Virus record (IMG/VR): IMGVR_UViG_3300003322_000571
Coordinates: 124,001 to 188,000 of that record
DNA: 64,000 nucleotides
Reading direction: 5' to 3' (one strand)
The notes beneath the pieces were generated by a model. It was not told the DNA's origin, ran no database searches, and saw nothing but the letters and a program-made list of their open reading frames with translations. The translations under genes and the position numbers were made by a program. Positions 27,022 through 35,116 of the stretch are shown here, piece after piece (position 1 is the first letter of the stretch; every line of letters begins with the position of its first letter).

Positions 27022-27315
27022 ATGGCGTACGTGATCTACAACGAAAAGACGTGCAAGCGATACGAGACCGAGCGTCGCACCGCGTCGTGGGCTCAGAAGG
27101 GCAGCGCCAAGAGCGTGCTGACCAAGGCGATCAAGAGCGGCGACATCAAGAACGGAGACGACTGGAAGGTCGGCACGTACGAAGAGTGGCAAGCGAACGA
27201 TCGCGACATCGAAGTGATCAGCGCGATGGACGGCAAGACCGTCTGCAAGATCAAGGCGAGCGAGAAGGGCAATCGCGTCAGCGACCCGAGCATGGAAGGT
27301 TACTGGACGATGTAA
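27022..27315 (+). CDS. Hypothetical protein
   Basis: GGAGAG RBS, own promoter TTGACA..GATACT. Confidence 0.8.
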   Translation: MAYVIYNEKTCKRYETERRTASWAQKGSAKSVLTKAIKSGDIKNGDDWKVGTYEEWQANDRDIEVISAMDGKTVCKIKASEKGNRVSDPSMEGYWTM

Positions 27316-27319
27316 GAAC

Positions 27320-27349
27320 AAGGAGCCTACGGGCTCCTTTTCGTTTTGT
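27320..27349. terminator. Bidirectional-type intrinsic terminator
   Basis: AAGGAGCC-TACG-GGCTCCTT plus T tract. Confidence 0.8.
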
Positions 27350-27446
27350 CAACTGGCAAAGTCGTTGTTCCGCTCTCGCTGTCCATCCCCAGGGTGCCTG
27401 ATCGAACGCATGCTGCTAGTATCGCATAGCTGTCCGTCGAAGTCAA
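27350..27446 (-). ncRNA. Candidate sRNA family X copy 3 with promoter
   Basis: TTGACT-17-GATACT then CATGCGTTCGA...GGGATGGACAGCGAGAGCG. Confidence 0.6.
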
Positions 27447-27449
27447 CTG

Positions 27450-27793
27450 TTGACAAGTTGGTTGTTTGGGCATATACTAGAACCATCTAATCGAGGATCA
27501 AAGACATGGACGTTCTAATCTTCCAAGGTGGTGAGTGCGTTACGGATGACCACCATGTTGTGATTGATGCATGGACCCAAGAAGCAATCGTCAAAGCATT
27601 GATTGAGCGTGAAGGGACTGACGAATGGCTCGAAGAGCAAGTAACTTTCCTTGAAGGAAACGTCACTGTACGTGATACGTTTGAATTTGTCAACGTCAAT
27701 ATGGCACAAATCGTGCTCGACGGGTACAACGGCGGAATGCTCTATATTATTCGTTGCTGACCCATTGACAAGTTGGTTGTTTGGGCATATACT
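27450..27793 (+). repeat. Identical 29-bp promoter duplicated
   Basis: TTGACAAGTTGGTTGTTTGGGCATATACT at 27450 and 27765. Confidence 0.9.
27506..27760 (+). CDS. Acidic small protein
   Basis: Cassette ORF. Confidence 0.75.
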   Translation: MDVLIFQGGECVTDDHHVVIDAWTQEAIVKALIEREGTDEWLEEQVTFLEGNVTVRDTFEFVNVNMAQIVLDGYNGGMLYIIRC

Positions 27794-27821
27794 GGCTTCA
27801 TTGATTCACAAAGGAGCAACC

Positions 27822-28064
27822 ATGTTTGGTCTGACGTTCGAACAAGTCAAGGCGATGTCCTCTGATCAAATCGCTGACGAAATCCTCCATAGCGACGAGA
27901 TGCAACGAGGCTACAGTGATGGCCACATGGACGCGCTGTTCGATGACGACCAAATCCTCAGCGAAAAGGATGCGTGCGAACAAGCAACGATCCGCAAGCA
28001 GCAAGAGGGCAACCATCCTGATTATCTCAAGGGCTATTGGGTTGGTCAAGTGTCGTTTGGCTGA
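27822..28064 (+). CDS. Acidic small protein
   Basis: AAGGAG RBS. Confidence 0.75.
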   Translation: MFGLTFEQVKAMSSDQIADEILHSDEMQRGYSDGHMDALFDDDQILSEKDACEQATIRKQQEGNHPDYLKGYWVGQVSFG

Positions 28065-28076
28065 ACGACTGCCCTG

Positions 28077-28114
28077 TTGACAAAGTGACCTGATGGGAGT
28101 ATTATACTCCCATC
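28077..28114 (+). promoter_or_regulatory. Hairpin promoter class A
   Basis: TTGACA-17-TATTAT; perfect 10-bp stem. Confidence 0.85.
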
Positions 28115-28136
28115 TTAAACGCATTGGAGAAACGAA

Positions 28137-28355
28137 ATGCCTCATCCGACACGAGCACAAGTTGAGAAGTTCCTCAACTACTACGAGCATGATCTCTCGG
28201 ACGAAGACGCAGCTGACCTCATCAACGAAGAGTATAGCGACCTCTATACTGATGACGAGATCGACAATGGTGCGATGGATCAACTGTTCGTGTACGTCGA
28301 CCACTATCGCAAACATGGTGTGTGGCCTGACGACTGTGTGCTCGCTGTTGCCTAA
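28137..28355 (+). CDS. Highly acidic small protein
   Basis: GGAG RBS; D/E-rich. Confidence 0.8.
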   Translation: MPHPTRAQVEKFLNYYEHDLSDEDAADLINEEYSDLYTDDEIDNGAMDQLFVYVDHYRKHGVWPDDCVLAVA

Positions 28356-28384
28356 GTGACCAAATGGGAGTATTATACTCCCAT
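28348..28384 (+). promoter_or_regulatory. Hairpin promoter class A
   Basis: TTGCCT-17-TATTAT. Confidence 0.8.
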
Positions 28385-28403
28385 CACTTACTGGAGAGCA
28401 GAC

Positions 28404-28547
28404 ATGAGCCACATCGCTACCCTCGAACGTCTACACGACGAAGCTGTTGCCTTCGGTGACGAAGAGGCAGCGGAGTTCTACTCCGAAGAGATCGACAACT
28501 ATTGGACGTGTCGCGAGGAAGAAGATCGTTTCGATCGCGACGCTTGA
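28404..28547 (+). CDS. Highly acidic peptide (47 aa)
   Basis: GGAGAG RBS. Confidence 0.75.
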   Translation: MSHIATLERLHDEAVAFGDEEAAEFYSEEIDNYWTCREEEDRFDRDA

Positions 28548-28551
28548 ACTG

Positions 28552-28589
28552 TTGTCTGTCTGACAATAAGATGGGATACTTATCCCATC
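28552..28589 (+). promoter_or_regulatory. Hairpin promoter
   Basis: TTGTCT-17-GATACT; GATGGGAT-ACTT-ATCCCATC. Confidence 0.8.
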
Positions 28590-28611
28590 TTAAACGCGCT
28601 GGAGAAGCGAA

Positions 28612-28941
28612 ATGGCACTGCAAGTTACGAAGTATTCGGTTGAACATTCGAAGTCGATGTCTTTTAACGACACTCGAACTGTGTTGTTCGTGTCGTCGTT
28701 CGATATTCATTCTATGCACATTACTGAACTGACGGGGACAATCGAAGAGATTGCGAAGTACATGATCGGTGTGTGGGCGTTCGGTGAAGATGGTGACTAC
28801 GAATACGATGAAGTTCAACAACTTCAGATCGATGAGTACTACAACGAACTCGCTGAAGAATACGAAGCTTGGGAGATTCTCGATGGTGTGATCGATATGA
28901 TCAACGGTGACGGAGTATATCAGTTGATCTACAAAAACTGA
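28612..28941 (+). CDS. Acidic protein, paralogue of 29001
   Basis: GTIEEIAKYM...INGDGVY. Confidence 0.8.
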   Translation: MALQVTKYSVEHSKSMSFNDTRTVLFVSSFDIHSMHITELTGTIEEIAKYMIGVWAFGEDGDYEYDEVQQLQIDEYYNELAEEYEAWEILDGVIDMINGDGVYQLIYKN

Positions 28942-28945
28942 CCTG

Positions 28946-28982
28946 TTGTCCAAATGACCAAATGGGAGTATTATACTCCCAT
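28946..28982 (+). promoter_or_regulatory. Hairpin promoter class A
   Basis: TTGTCC-17-TATTAT. Confidence 0.85.
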
Positions 28983-29000
28983 CAATCAACGGAGGCCCAA

Positions 29001-29351
29001 ATGGCTTTGAAAGTCGAAGACTACTATCCCGACCAAGGTAAGTGCAACGCTTCGTCGTTGCAAGACGACGTCAAGATCATCCTGACGATCACGCCGTGGG
29101 ATCGCGGTGGCGACACGTCGCCCGAGTACAAGCGCATCGAGGGCACGGTCGAAGAGGTCGTCAAGTACTTGCTCCTCCTCGGCAACTACGGTGGTGCGGA
29201 AAGCGTCGACGACCTCGAAGACGAGGACGAAGTCGAAGAGTTCAACGAAGATTTCAACGTTTTCGTCGCGAACAACGCTCCGCACAAGATCATCGACGCA
29301 ATCATCATTACCATCAACGGCGACGATGGTTACGAGGTAACGTACCTCTAA
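29001..29351 (+). CDS. Acidic protein, paralogue of 28612
   Basis: GTVEEVVKYL...INGDDGY. Confidence 0.8.
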   Translation: MALKVEDYYPDQGKCNASSLQDDVKIILTITPWDRGGDTSPEYKRIEGTVEEVVKYLLLLGNYGGAESVDDLEDEDEVEEFNEDFNVFVANNAPHKIIDAIIITINGDDGYEVTYL

Positions 29352-29368
29352 TCCGTCTTACGGACAAC

Positions 29369-29398
29369 AAAAAGCTCTCCTCGTGAGAGCTTTTTTAA
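29369..29398 (+). terminator. Intrinsic terminator
   Basis: AAAAAGCTCTC-CTCGT-GAGAGCTTTTT. Confidence 0.85.
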
Positions 29399-29487
29399 TT
29401 GCTCCTGTTGCCCAAACCCTATATTCGTGTATACTTGGCTTCATCGGTTAACACAACTCACACGAGTTTTTCAACAGGAGAGCTGAG

Positions 29488-30003
29488 ATGGATGCACGAG
29501 TCGTCGAGAGTGTTCTGGGCAACATCAAGGGCGCGACGTTCGTCGGCCTCGACACGGAAACGGTCGTCGATCTGAAGGGCGGCAAGAAGAACGAGATGCA
29601 GGGCCGCGTCACGAAGGTGATGACCGGCGCTCTCGTGCAAGTGTTCGCCCGCGGTGGCGAAGGCGGTGGCTACGAGAACAAGGTCAACCGTCGCCTCGAC
29701 AAGGAAGGCAAGGAAGTCGAGTTCGAAGTCGGTCCGCGTAAGTGGGGCACGCGTCTCGAAGGCAAGCCGTTCGTCGAGCACAAGGGTGAACTGTACCTCG
29801 AAGTCATCTTCGAGCGCCCGGGGGAATCCCACTACCTGCTGGACGGCAAACCGATCCAAGCTGCCGAAATCATCGGCCTCGACGAAGGCCCCGTGAAGGC
29901 TGGTGAACAGGGCGGCCTGGAAGACAAGGTCATCCTGCGCACGTTCAAGTTCGACAGCATCAAGGCGCTGCGCGTCAACAAGACGGAAGTCAAGGCGCGC
30001 TGA
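29488..30003 (+). CDS. Hypothetical phage protein (strong codon bias)
   Basis: Own promoter, RBS and terminator. Confidence 0.85.
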   Translation: MDARVVESVLGNIKGATFVGLDTETVVDLKGGKKNEMQGRVTKVMTGALVQVFARGGEGGGYENKVNRRLDKEGKEVEFEVGPRKWGTRLEGKPFVEHKGELYLEVIFERPGESHYLLDGKPIQAAEIIGLDEGPVKAGEQGGLEDKVILRTFKFDSIKALRVNKTEVKAR

Positions 30004-30020
30004 AAGTCAACAGCGCCAAC

Positions 30021-30050
30021 AAAGAGCCCACCTCGTGTGGGCTTTTTTAT
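30021..30050 (+). terminator. Intrinsic terminator
   Basis: AGCCCAC-CTCGT-GTGGGCT plus T tract. Confidence 0.85.
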
Positions 30051-30112
30051 TGCCCACTTGATCAATCGACATAGTTGTGTTATTATATCAGCATTGTCAA
30101 ACGGAGATCGAA

Positions 30113-30445
30113 ATGCCGCAAGTTGCCATCCAAGAATTTGGCGTTGAACAGTTGATCGAGGTTCTATCGAACGCCGGTTATGAGCACGACGCGACCGAGT
30201 TCAACGATTCGCTGATTCACTATTTCGGTGAGAAGGACAACCAGTACGTGTTCGCTGTGTCGTTCCTCAATACTGAGGACACGGGCGACGAGGGATTGTA
30301 CTACGTGACGACACTGTTCGTCGAGCGCGACGAAACCGGCCTGCTGTGCGGTGAGTGGGAAGGAAGGCCTTCCAAAGAAGACCTGACGAACGACCAAGTC
30401 ATTGCGTACTTCGACGGTCTCAAAGACCAAGCGTCGTACAAATAA
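30113..30445 (+). CDS. Acidic hypothetical protein
   Basis: GGAG RBS. Confidence 0.75.
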   Translation: MPQVAIQEFGVEQLIEVLSNAGYEHDATEFNDSLIHYFGEKDNQYVFAVSFLNTEDTGDEGLYYVTTLFVERDETGLLCGEWEGRPSKEDLTNDQVIAYFDGLKDQASYK

Positions 30446-30550
30446 TCGTCAAAGTCAACAGCTACAAAGAGTCCTGCAGAGATGTATGGGCTCTGTAGCT
30501 GTTTGGTTCGTTTGGTTGTATACTAGACGCACTGTCCAACGGAGATCAAC

Positions 30551-30757
30551 ATGTCGATTAAGCTCGCTCTAGTCCAGCACAACCGTCCTGGTTTCTATGT
30601 GACGTTGGTGGAAGTGCCCAGCACGTTTACACCTTCGCAAGAACTCCAGCTACGTTACGACGTTGCACGTGAGTTTGAAATGACCGACAACGACGGTGAG
30701 TTCCTCGTGATCGAGAACGGTAACGTGATCGATCGTCGTCAGATTCCTCGCTTCTAA
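30551..30757 (+). CDS. Small hypothetical protein
   Basis: GGAG RBS. Confidence 0.75.
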   Translation: MSIKLALVQHNRPGFYVTLVEVPSTFTPSQELQLRYDVAREFEMTDNDGEFLVIENGNVIDRRQIPRF

Positions 30758-30769
30758 CAGACTGCCCTA

Positions 30770-30807
30770 TTGACCAGAGATGCGTCTGGTGGGATACTGG
30801 ACGCATC
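30770..30807 (+). promoter_or_regulatory. Hairpin promoter class B
   Basis: TTGACC-17-GATACT; 12-bp stem with 2 G-T pairs. Confidence 0.85.
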
Positions 30808-30824
30808 CAATCAAGGAGCGACAA

Positions 30825-31091
30825 ATGCACACGACGCAACAAGAGTTCATTCAATTGACCGTGCTGATGGCGGTCGGCACTGGCCTGACGGGCACGAACC
30901 CCGTCCGCTACCTCAACCAACTGCTTCGTCAGAACCAGTGGTCGGAGGAGACCGATGTCGTCAAGCTGACGGTTGCTTTCCAACCGCAACTGAACTCGAT
31001 CCGTGTGCACGTCGATGCGATCGAGCGTACGATCACGTACTGGATCTCGATCAACATCGATACGCTCGCCGTCGAGTTCGACGTCAGCTGA
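30825..31091 (+). CDS. Hypothetical protein
   Basis: AAGGAG RBS. Confidence 0.75.
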   Translation: MHTTQQEFIQLTVLMAVGTGLTGTNPVRYLNQLLRQNQWSEETDVVKLTVAFQPQLNSIRVHVDAIERTITYWISINIDTLAVEFDVS

Positions 31092-31095
31092 CCTG

Positions 31096-31136
31096 TTGTT
31101 AGACGAGTGCGTTTGGGCGATACTAGACGCACTCGT
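31096..31136 (+). promoter_or_regulatory. Hairpin promoter class B
   Basis: TTGTTA-17-GATACT; 14-bp stem 31103-31136. Confidence 0.85.
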
Positions 31137-31154
31137 TCAACAAAGGAGTGCCAA

Positions 31155-31370
31155 ATGGCCAACACGCTTCCCAAGGAAATCCTCGAACAGCTCTCGTTCA
31201 TTCCCTTTCCCGAAGGTCTGGACTGTGAACAGGTGGGCGACTGGCTCGCGAGCGAAGGTGTGGATGGTGACGTGATCGTGCTCGAGACGGGTCTGGTCGT
31301 GCCGTTCGATAGCGTTGAATACACGGAAACGCTGCTCAAGAAGTGCGTCAAGTTCTTTAACGACGACTGA
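31155..31370 (+). CDS. Acidic small protein
   Basis: AAGGAG RBS. Confidence 0.75.
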   Translation: MANTLPKEILEQLSFIPFPEGLDCEQVGDWLASEGVDGDVIVLETGLVVPFDSVEYTETLLKKCVKFFNDD

Positions 31371-31459
31371 CGGACAAGATCAACAGGGGGCTTAGCCCCC
31401 TTGATTGAAGTGTCGTTGTGGTAGACGATAGCTCAATCAAAGTCACACAGGGATCGATC

Positions 31460-31681
31460 ATGAAGAAAGTTCCGAAGGACTACGCTGCGTTCCTCAAGCC
31501 GTACATCGATGCTCGAGTGCTGACGATCGAATCCGGATCGAAGCACAACAAGGCGGTTCGATCGGACGGTCGGTTCTGGGTGATCCCCAGCAGCCCGAGC
31601 GATCATCGCGGGTTCCTCAACTTCAAGAGCGATATCCGCCGGTTCGTCAGCCAAGCGCCGCAGCACCCCGTTGTCCAGTGA
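31460..31681 (+). CDS. HicA-like (dsRBD-fold) protein
   Basis: GSKHNK...PSSPSDHRGFLNFKSDIRRF. Confidence 0.65.
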   Translation: MKKVPKDYAAFLKPYIDARVLTIESGSKHNKAVRSDGRFWVIPSSPSDHRGFLNFKSDIRRFVSQAPQHPVVQ

Positions 31682-31711
31682 CGATCGTTGTGGGATAGTA
31701 CTCCCATCAAC
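31671..31711 (+). promoter_or_regulatory. Hairpin promoter
   Basis: TTGTCC-17-GATAGT; TGGGA/TCCCA stem. Confidence 0.8.
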
Positions 31712-31725
31712 AACTGGAGAGCAAC

Positions 31726-31914
31726 ATGCACACGGGCCACCACATCTCCAACTTCGTCCAGCGATTCGGCTGCACTGACGAGGTTATTGACGACGATCGG
31801 TTCATCGTTCTGTTCAACTGCATCGATGCTCCCGACCACATCGCGTGCGGTAGCGTGATCAACAACGGGCGTGATCAGCCTATCCAGAACTTCATCAGTC
31901 GCGACGATGAGTGA
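31726..31914 (+). CDS. Small hypothetical protein
   Basis: GGAGAG RBS. Confidence 0.7.
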   Translation: MHTGHHISNFVQRFGCTDEVIDDDRFIVLFNCIDAPDHIACGSVINNGRDQPIQNFISRDDE

Positions 31915-31918
31915 TCAG

Positions 31919-31959
31919 TTGACTTGAACGGCGGTTGGTGGGATAGTACTCCCATCAAC
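31919..31959 (+). promoter_or_regulatory. Hairpin promoter
   Basis: TTGACT-17-GATAGT; GTTGGTGGGA/TCCCATCAAC. Confidence 0.85.
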
Positions 31960-31973
31960 AACTGGAGAGCAAC

Positions 31974-32237
31974 ATGACTCTGTCGTACGAAGCCGCCAAG
32001 CAAGTGCAAATCGCCCTCGCCCTGCACGAGCGATATGTGCAGACGCTCGGCGCGGAGCAAGCGAAGGTGCAACTCGCAATCGGCTTCACGTGGCTTGCCG
32101 GCCACTATGTGACCGAAGCACCGCAAGCTGCTGACCTGCTGAACAAGGTCGGCGGTAGTGTCTTCTACGGATGCGGTAACGGTCAACGGAATTACGTCGA
32201 GATCAAGAACGACGTGTTCGTCACCGAAGTCCGTTGA
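31974..32237 (+). CDS. Hypothetical protein
   Basis: GGAGAG RBS. Confidence 0.75.
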   Translation: MTLSYEAAKQVQIALALHERYVQTLGAEQAKVQLAIGFTWLAGHYVTEAPQAADLLNKVGGSVFYGCGNGQRNYVEIKNDVFVTEVR

Positions 32238-32271
32238 CCTAAACATGGGATGGGAGTATGATACTCCCATC
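32234..32271 (+). promoter_or_regulatory. Hairpin promoter class A
   Basis: TTGACC-17-TATGAT; perfect 10-bp stem. Confidence 0.85.
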
Positions 32272-32294
32272 TTAACCGCACTGGAGGAACAACA

Positions 32295-32663
32295 ATGAAG
32301 AGCCAACAACCTCGACGCTCCGCTGGTGAAGGTCCTTGGATCGCGCTCGATGACATGCGCGCGTTCAAGCAGTTCCTCACCGACAACGGCTTCCAGTGGC
32401 GTGAGCATCCTGGCCTGAACAGCACCGGCTATCAAGTCCGCCACCAAGGGCACTGGATGGCGCTGCTGTGGAACAAGGGGTTCAAGCGGTTCACAGCAGA
32501 CCGTCGATTGTCGCTGATCGTCCAGTCGTTTGCAACGGAGAAGCCGAAGGATCAACGCGTTCCCGAGCTGCCGAAAGGCCCGATGGTCAAGTGCGTTCAC
32601 TGCGGCAACCTGTTCGAGCAGTACTTCGAGGGCGAAGACATGTGCGTTGACTGCGACGACTAA
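32295..32663 (+). CDS. Hypothetical protein with C-terminal C4 zinc ribbon
   Basis: CVHCGN...CVDC. Confidence 0.75.
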   Translation: MKSQQPRRSAGEGPWIALDDMRAFKQFLTDNGFQWREHPGLNSTGYQVRHQGHWMALLWNKGFKRFTADRRLSLIVQSFATEKPKDQRVPELPKGPMVKCVHCGNLFEQYFEGEDMCVDCDD

Positions 32664-32690
32664 TTGTGGGATAGTCGTCGCATAGTCAAC
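32646..32690 (+). promoter_or_regulatory. Hairpin promoter
   Basis: TTGACT-17-GATAGT; TGCGACGACTA/TAGTCGTCGCA plus GTTGAC/GTCAAC. Confidence 0.85.
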
Positions 32691-32701
32691 AGGAGTGCAC
32701 G

Positions 32702-32983
32702 ATGGAGTTCAAGATCACCGAGAAGACGGTTGAGATCCACGGCTACAAGGTCACGTGCAAGTGGACCGAAGAGCGAAATGCGATGTTCGGCCACAAGACG
32801 GGATCGGGATGGCTGCTGACGCGCACTCCGCTCGATAAGCACAGCGGCAAGACGAATGACACGTTGATCTACTGCGAGATCGGCGAGTACATGTGGGTGC
32901 CGAACGGCCGTGTTGGCACCACGAACGAGTCGGATCTGATTTCCGACAAGCGCCTGGAAGAAGTGCTGTGCACGTACTGGTGA
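32702..32983 (+). CDS. Hypothetical protein
   Basis: AGGAG RBS. Confidence 0.75.
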   Translation: MEFKITEKTVEIHGYKVTCKWTEERNAMFGHKTGSGWLLTRTPLDKHSGKTNDTLIYCEIGEYMWVPNGRVGTTNESDLISDKRLEEVLCTYW

Positions 32984-32984
32984 G

Positions 32985-33034
32985 CCGTTGACAAACAATC
33001 AGCTTGGTGGGATACTAAGCTCATTGTTCAACGG
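32985..33034 (+). promoter_or_regulatory. Hairpin promoter reaching the RBS
   Basis: TTGACA-17-GATACT; about 20-bp interrupted stem. Confidence 0.85.
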
Positions 33035-33042
33035 AGTACATC

Positions 33043-33336
33043 ATGTACGCATTCCTCTGCATCAATCCCGATCCCGCCAAGGACGGTGTTGCGATCCACC
33101 TGAGCGATGTCGCCTCGGTTGTTGCTTTCGAGCGCCTGTGGGAACGCATGAGCGACAAGATCCAGGACGAGTACAACTACGATCTGCCGGTCTTCGTCAA
33201 GGAAAGCGACGGCGAAACGCCGGTCGTCAACGTCAAGCCTGCGCAGTTCAAGCGCCTGTACATCGACAGCGTCGTGACGATGACTTTCGCTGGTTTCATC
33301 CAAGAAATCAACAAGTACATCGCCAGCCAAGAATGA
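33043..33336 (+). CDS. Hypothetical protein
   Basis: GGAG RBS. Confidence 0.75.
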   Translation: MYAFLCINPDPAKDGVAIHLSDVASVVAFERLWERMSDKIQDEYNYDLPVFVKESDGETPVVNVKPAQFKRLYIDSVVTMTFAGFIQEINKYIASQE

Positions 33337-33340
33337 CCAG

Positions 33341-33385
33341 TTGATCTTGGATCCGTTTGGTCAGATACTAGACGGATCTAATCAA
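33341..33385 (+). promoter_or_regulatory. Hairpin promoter class B
   Basis: TTGATC-17-GATACT; 15-bp stem, 3 G-T pairs. Confidence 0.85.
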
Positions 33386-33394
33386 GGAGTCAAC

Positions 33395-33700
33395 ATGTCC
33401 CGAATCGCTTTAGCTCACGGCTACATTGAGCAGCTGGTGGCAGGTGCTGAGATCGTGAGCACTCGCGAGACCGATCACGCTGTCGACTGCATGGTCGTGC
33501 ACCCGAAGCGAAAGATCGACCCGACCAGCTTTGCCCGCGCTGCGAAGAAGTACAGCCTGATCGTTGGTTGCACACCGAGTGCGAGCAACCGCAACAAGCT
33601 GATCGTCGCCTACATCACCGTGGCCGACCGCTCTGCCGAGCTGTGCGTCAAGGGCACGAATGAGGGCCCTGTGCACGTCGAAGTGCGCTTTAGGGGTTGA
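33395..33700 (+). CDS. Hypothetical protein
   Basis: AAGGAG RBS. Confidence 0.75.
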   Translation: MSRIALAHGYIEQLVAGAEIVSTRETDHAVDCMVVHPKRKIDPTSFARAAKKYSLIVGCTPSASNRNKLIVAYITVADRSAELCVKGTNEGPVHVEVRFRG

Positions 33701-33732
33701 CCTCAACTGCGTTCGGTGGGATACTGGACGCA
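33697..33732 (+). promoter_or_regulatory. Hairpin promoter class B
   Basis: TTGACC-17-GATACT; 10-bp stem, 2 G-T pairs. Confidence 0.8.
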
Positions 33733-33752
33733 TCCAATCAAAGGAGGCCATC

Positions 33753-33995
33753 ATGGTCAAGGTGATTCAAGTCGAAAGCGGTGTCGTTCGTCAGATGGAG
33801 TTCGAGCAGTTCAACAAGAGCACGATCCTTAGCCTGGTCAACGACGACTCGGACAACGTGTTCGAAGACAAGCACATCCATGTCGTCGAGCAGCCCGGCA
33901 TTGTCGCCTGTTCCGTTCTCCATGACAACGGCCTGGCGCTGGTGACGTTCATCGGTGACACCGCATCGTGGCAGGTCGGCCAGTTGACCGAGTGA
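33753..33995 (+). CDS. Hypothetical protein
   Basis: AAGGAGG RBS. Confidence 0.75.
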   Translation: MVKVIQVESGVVRQMEFEQFNKSTILSLVNDDSDNVFEDKHIHVVEQPGIVACSVLHDNGLALVTFIGDTASWQVGQLTE

Positions 33996-34019
33996 GCGGT
34001 TGGGAGTATCATACTCCCA
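33984..34019 (+). promoter_or_regulatory. Hairpin promoter class A
   Basis: TTGACC-17-TATCAT. Confidence 0.85.
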
Positions 34020-34038
34020 TCACTTCAAGGACCTCATC

Positions 34039-34251
34039 ATGAGTCTACCGCACATTGGCGTCGGAATGGACGTCTGCTTCCGCAGTAAGGTGTTCACTGC
34101 ACCTTACACGCCGCACTTTGACGCGTACAAGGGACACAAGTTCACCGTCGTTGCGATCCATCCTGGCGAACACGTTGCGCTCAAGTGTACGTCTGATCCA
34201 TCGCTGACCGTCAATGGACACGTTCACGCAGACGAGTTGAAGCGGCTGTGA
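34039..34251 (+). CDS. Small SH3/KOW-like hypothetical protein
   Basis: Beta-rich, VGMDV.F...FTVVAI. Confidence 0.65.
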   Translation: MSLPHIGVGMDVCFRSKVFTAPYTPHFDAYKGHKFTVVAIHPGEHVALKCTSDPSLTVNGHVHADELKRL

Positions 34252-34255
34252 CCTG

Positions 34256-34291
34256 TTGTCTTAGTAAGCGTTTGGGAGTACCATACTCCCA
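34256..34291 (+). promoter_or_regulatory. Hairpin promoter class A
   Basis: TTGTCT-17-TACCAT. Confidence 0.8.
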
Positions 34292-34309
34292 TCACTTCAA
34301 GGAGCCGAC

Positions 34310-34522
34310 ATGTTCTTCACGATGACGCCCGAACAAGAAGCAACGTTCAACCGAGTGTGCGAACGAGCTCGCCAGGCATCGCACGACGACTCGTGCACAC
34401 AGCACGTCAACATGCGTGTCCATCTTCGCGGGAACGAGATCCATGCGGAGTTCCTCGTCTCCGACTGGTACGACAGCGACTGCACAGTCCGTTCGTACGA
34501 CGACGGGCGGCTGAAGGACTGA
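34310..34522 (+). CDS. Small hypothetical protein
   Basis: AAGGAG RBS. Confidence 0.75.
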   Translation: MFFTMTPEQEATFNRVCERARQASHDDSCTQHVNMRVHLRGNEIHAEFLVSDWYDSDCTVRSYDDGRLKD

Positions 34523-34599
34523 GCGAAGAGGGCAGATGCCCTCTTGATCTGAGTGTTGTTCTAGGGGACAATACTCACATCATTTACGCTTACGGAATC

Positions 34600-34836
34600 A
34601 TGACCCTCGTTGTCGAAAATGTCAACGCGCTGATGACAGCGCCCGTCGAAGAAACGCAGATCGAACTGCACAGCGTCACTCTGACACTGCGTCGCACAAA
34701 CGGCCACAGCTTCTACCTGCAGGGGAAGATCGATGGCCGCATCGTTCATGTCCGAGACCGCAACACGCACGTTGCAACGTTCAGCCGCAATGAGCTCGTC
34801 CAGCGGCTGCTCGACGGCAATTACGAAATCGGTTGA
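34600..34836 (+). CDS. Small hypothetical protein
   Basis: Cassette ORF. Confidence 0.7.
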   Translation: MTLVVENVNALMTAPVEETQIELHSVTLTLRRTNGHSFYLQGKIDGRIVHVRDRNTHVATFSRNELVQRLLDGNYEIG

Positions 34837-34870
34837 CATCGCCGGTGATAGGTGGGATACTCACTTATCA
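34833..34870 (+). promoter_or_regulatory. Hairpin promoter
   Basis: TTGACA-17-GATACT; TGATAGGTGGG/CTCACTTATCA. Confidence 0.8.
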
Positions 34871-34885
34871 ATAGGGAGAGCAGGC

Positions 34886-35116
34886 ATGCGCAACTTTCTG
34901 TTCCGTATCGGCGATGCAGAGATGAAAAACGGCAAGTGGGCGGCGGTGATCGATTCGTATGCGACCCGCCCCAACGGTGAAGTGTCGCACAAGTCGTCGC
35001 GGATCACTTCCGCAGCGATCTTTGAGTCGGAGGTCGCTGCAATCGAGGGCGCTGATCGTGCTCTCGTCCACCTGGAAGCGACTGGTGAGTTCCCCAACCT
35101 TTGTGAGCCTTTCTGA
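34886..35116 (+). CDS. Small hypothetical protein
   Basis: GGGAGAG RBS. Confidence 0.7.
   Translation: MRNFLFRIGDAEMKNGKWAAVIDSYATRPNGEVSHKSSRITSAAIFESEVAAIEGADRALVHLEATGEFPNLCEPF

Noticed and set aside
27350-27411. Leaderless 20-aa peptide in sRNA family X
   Set aside because: The frame and sequence are not conserved between the three copies
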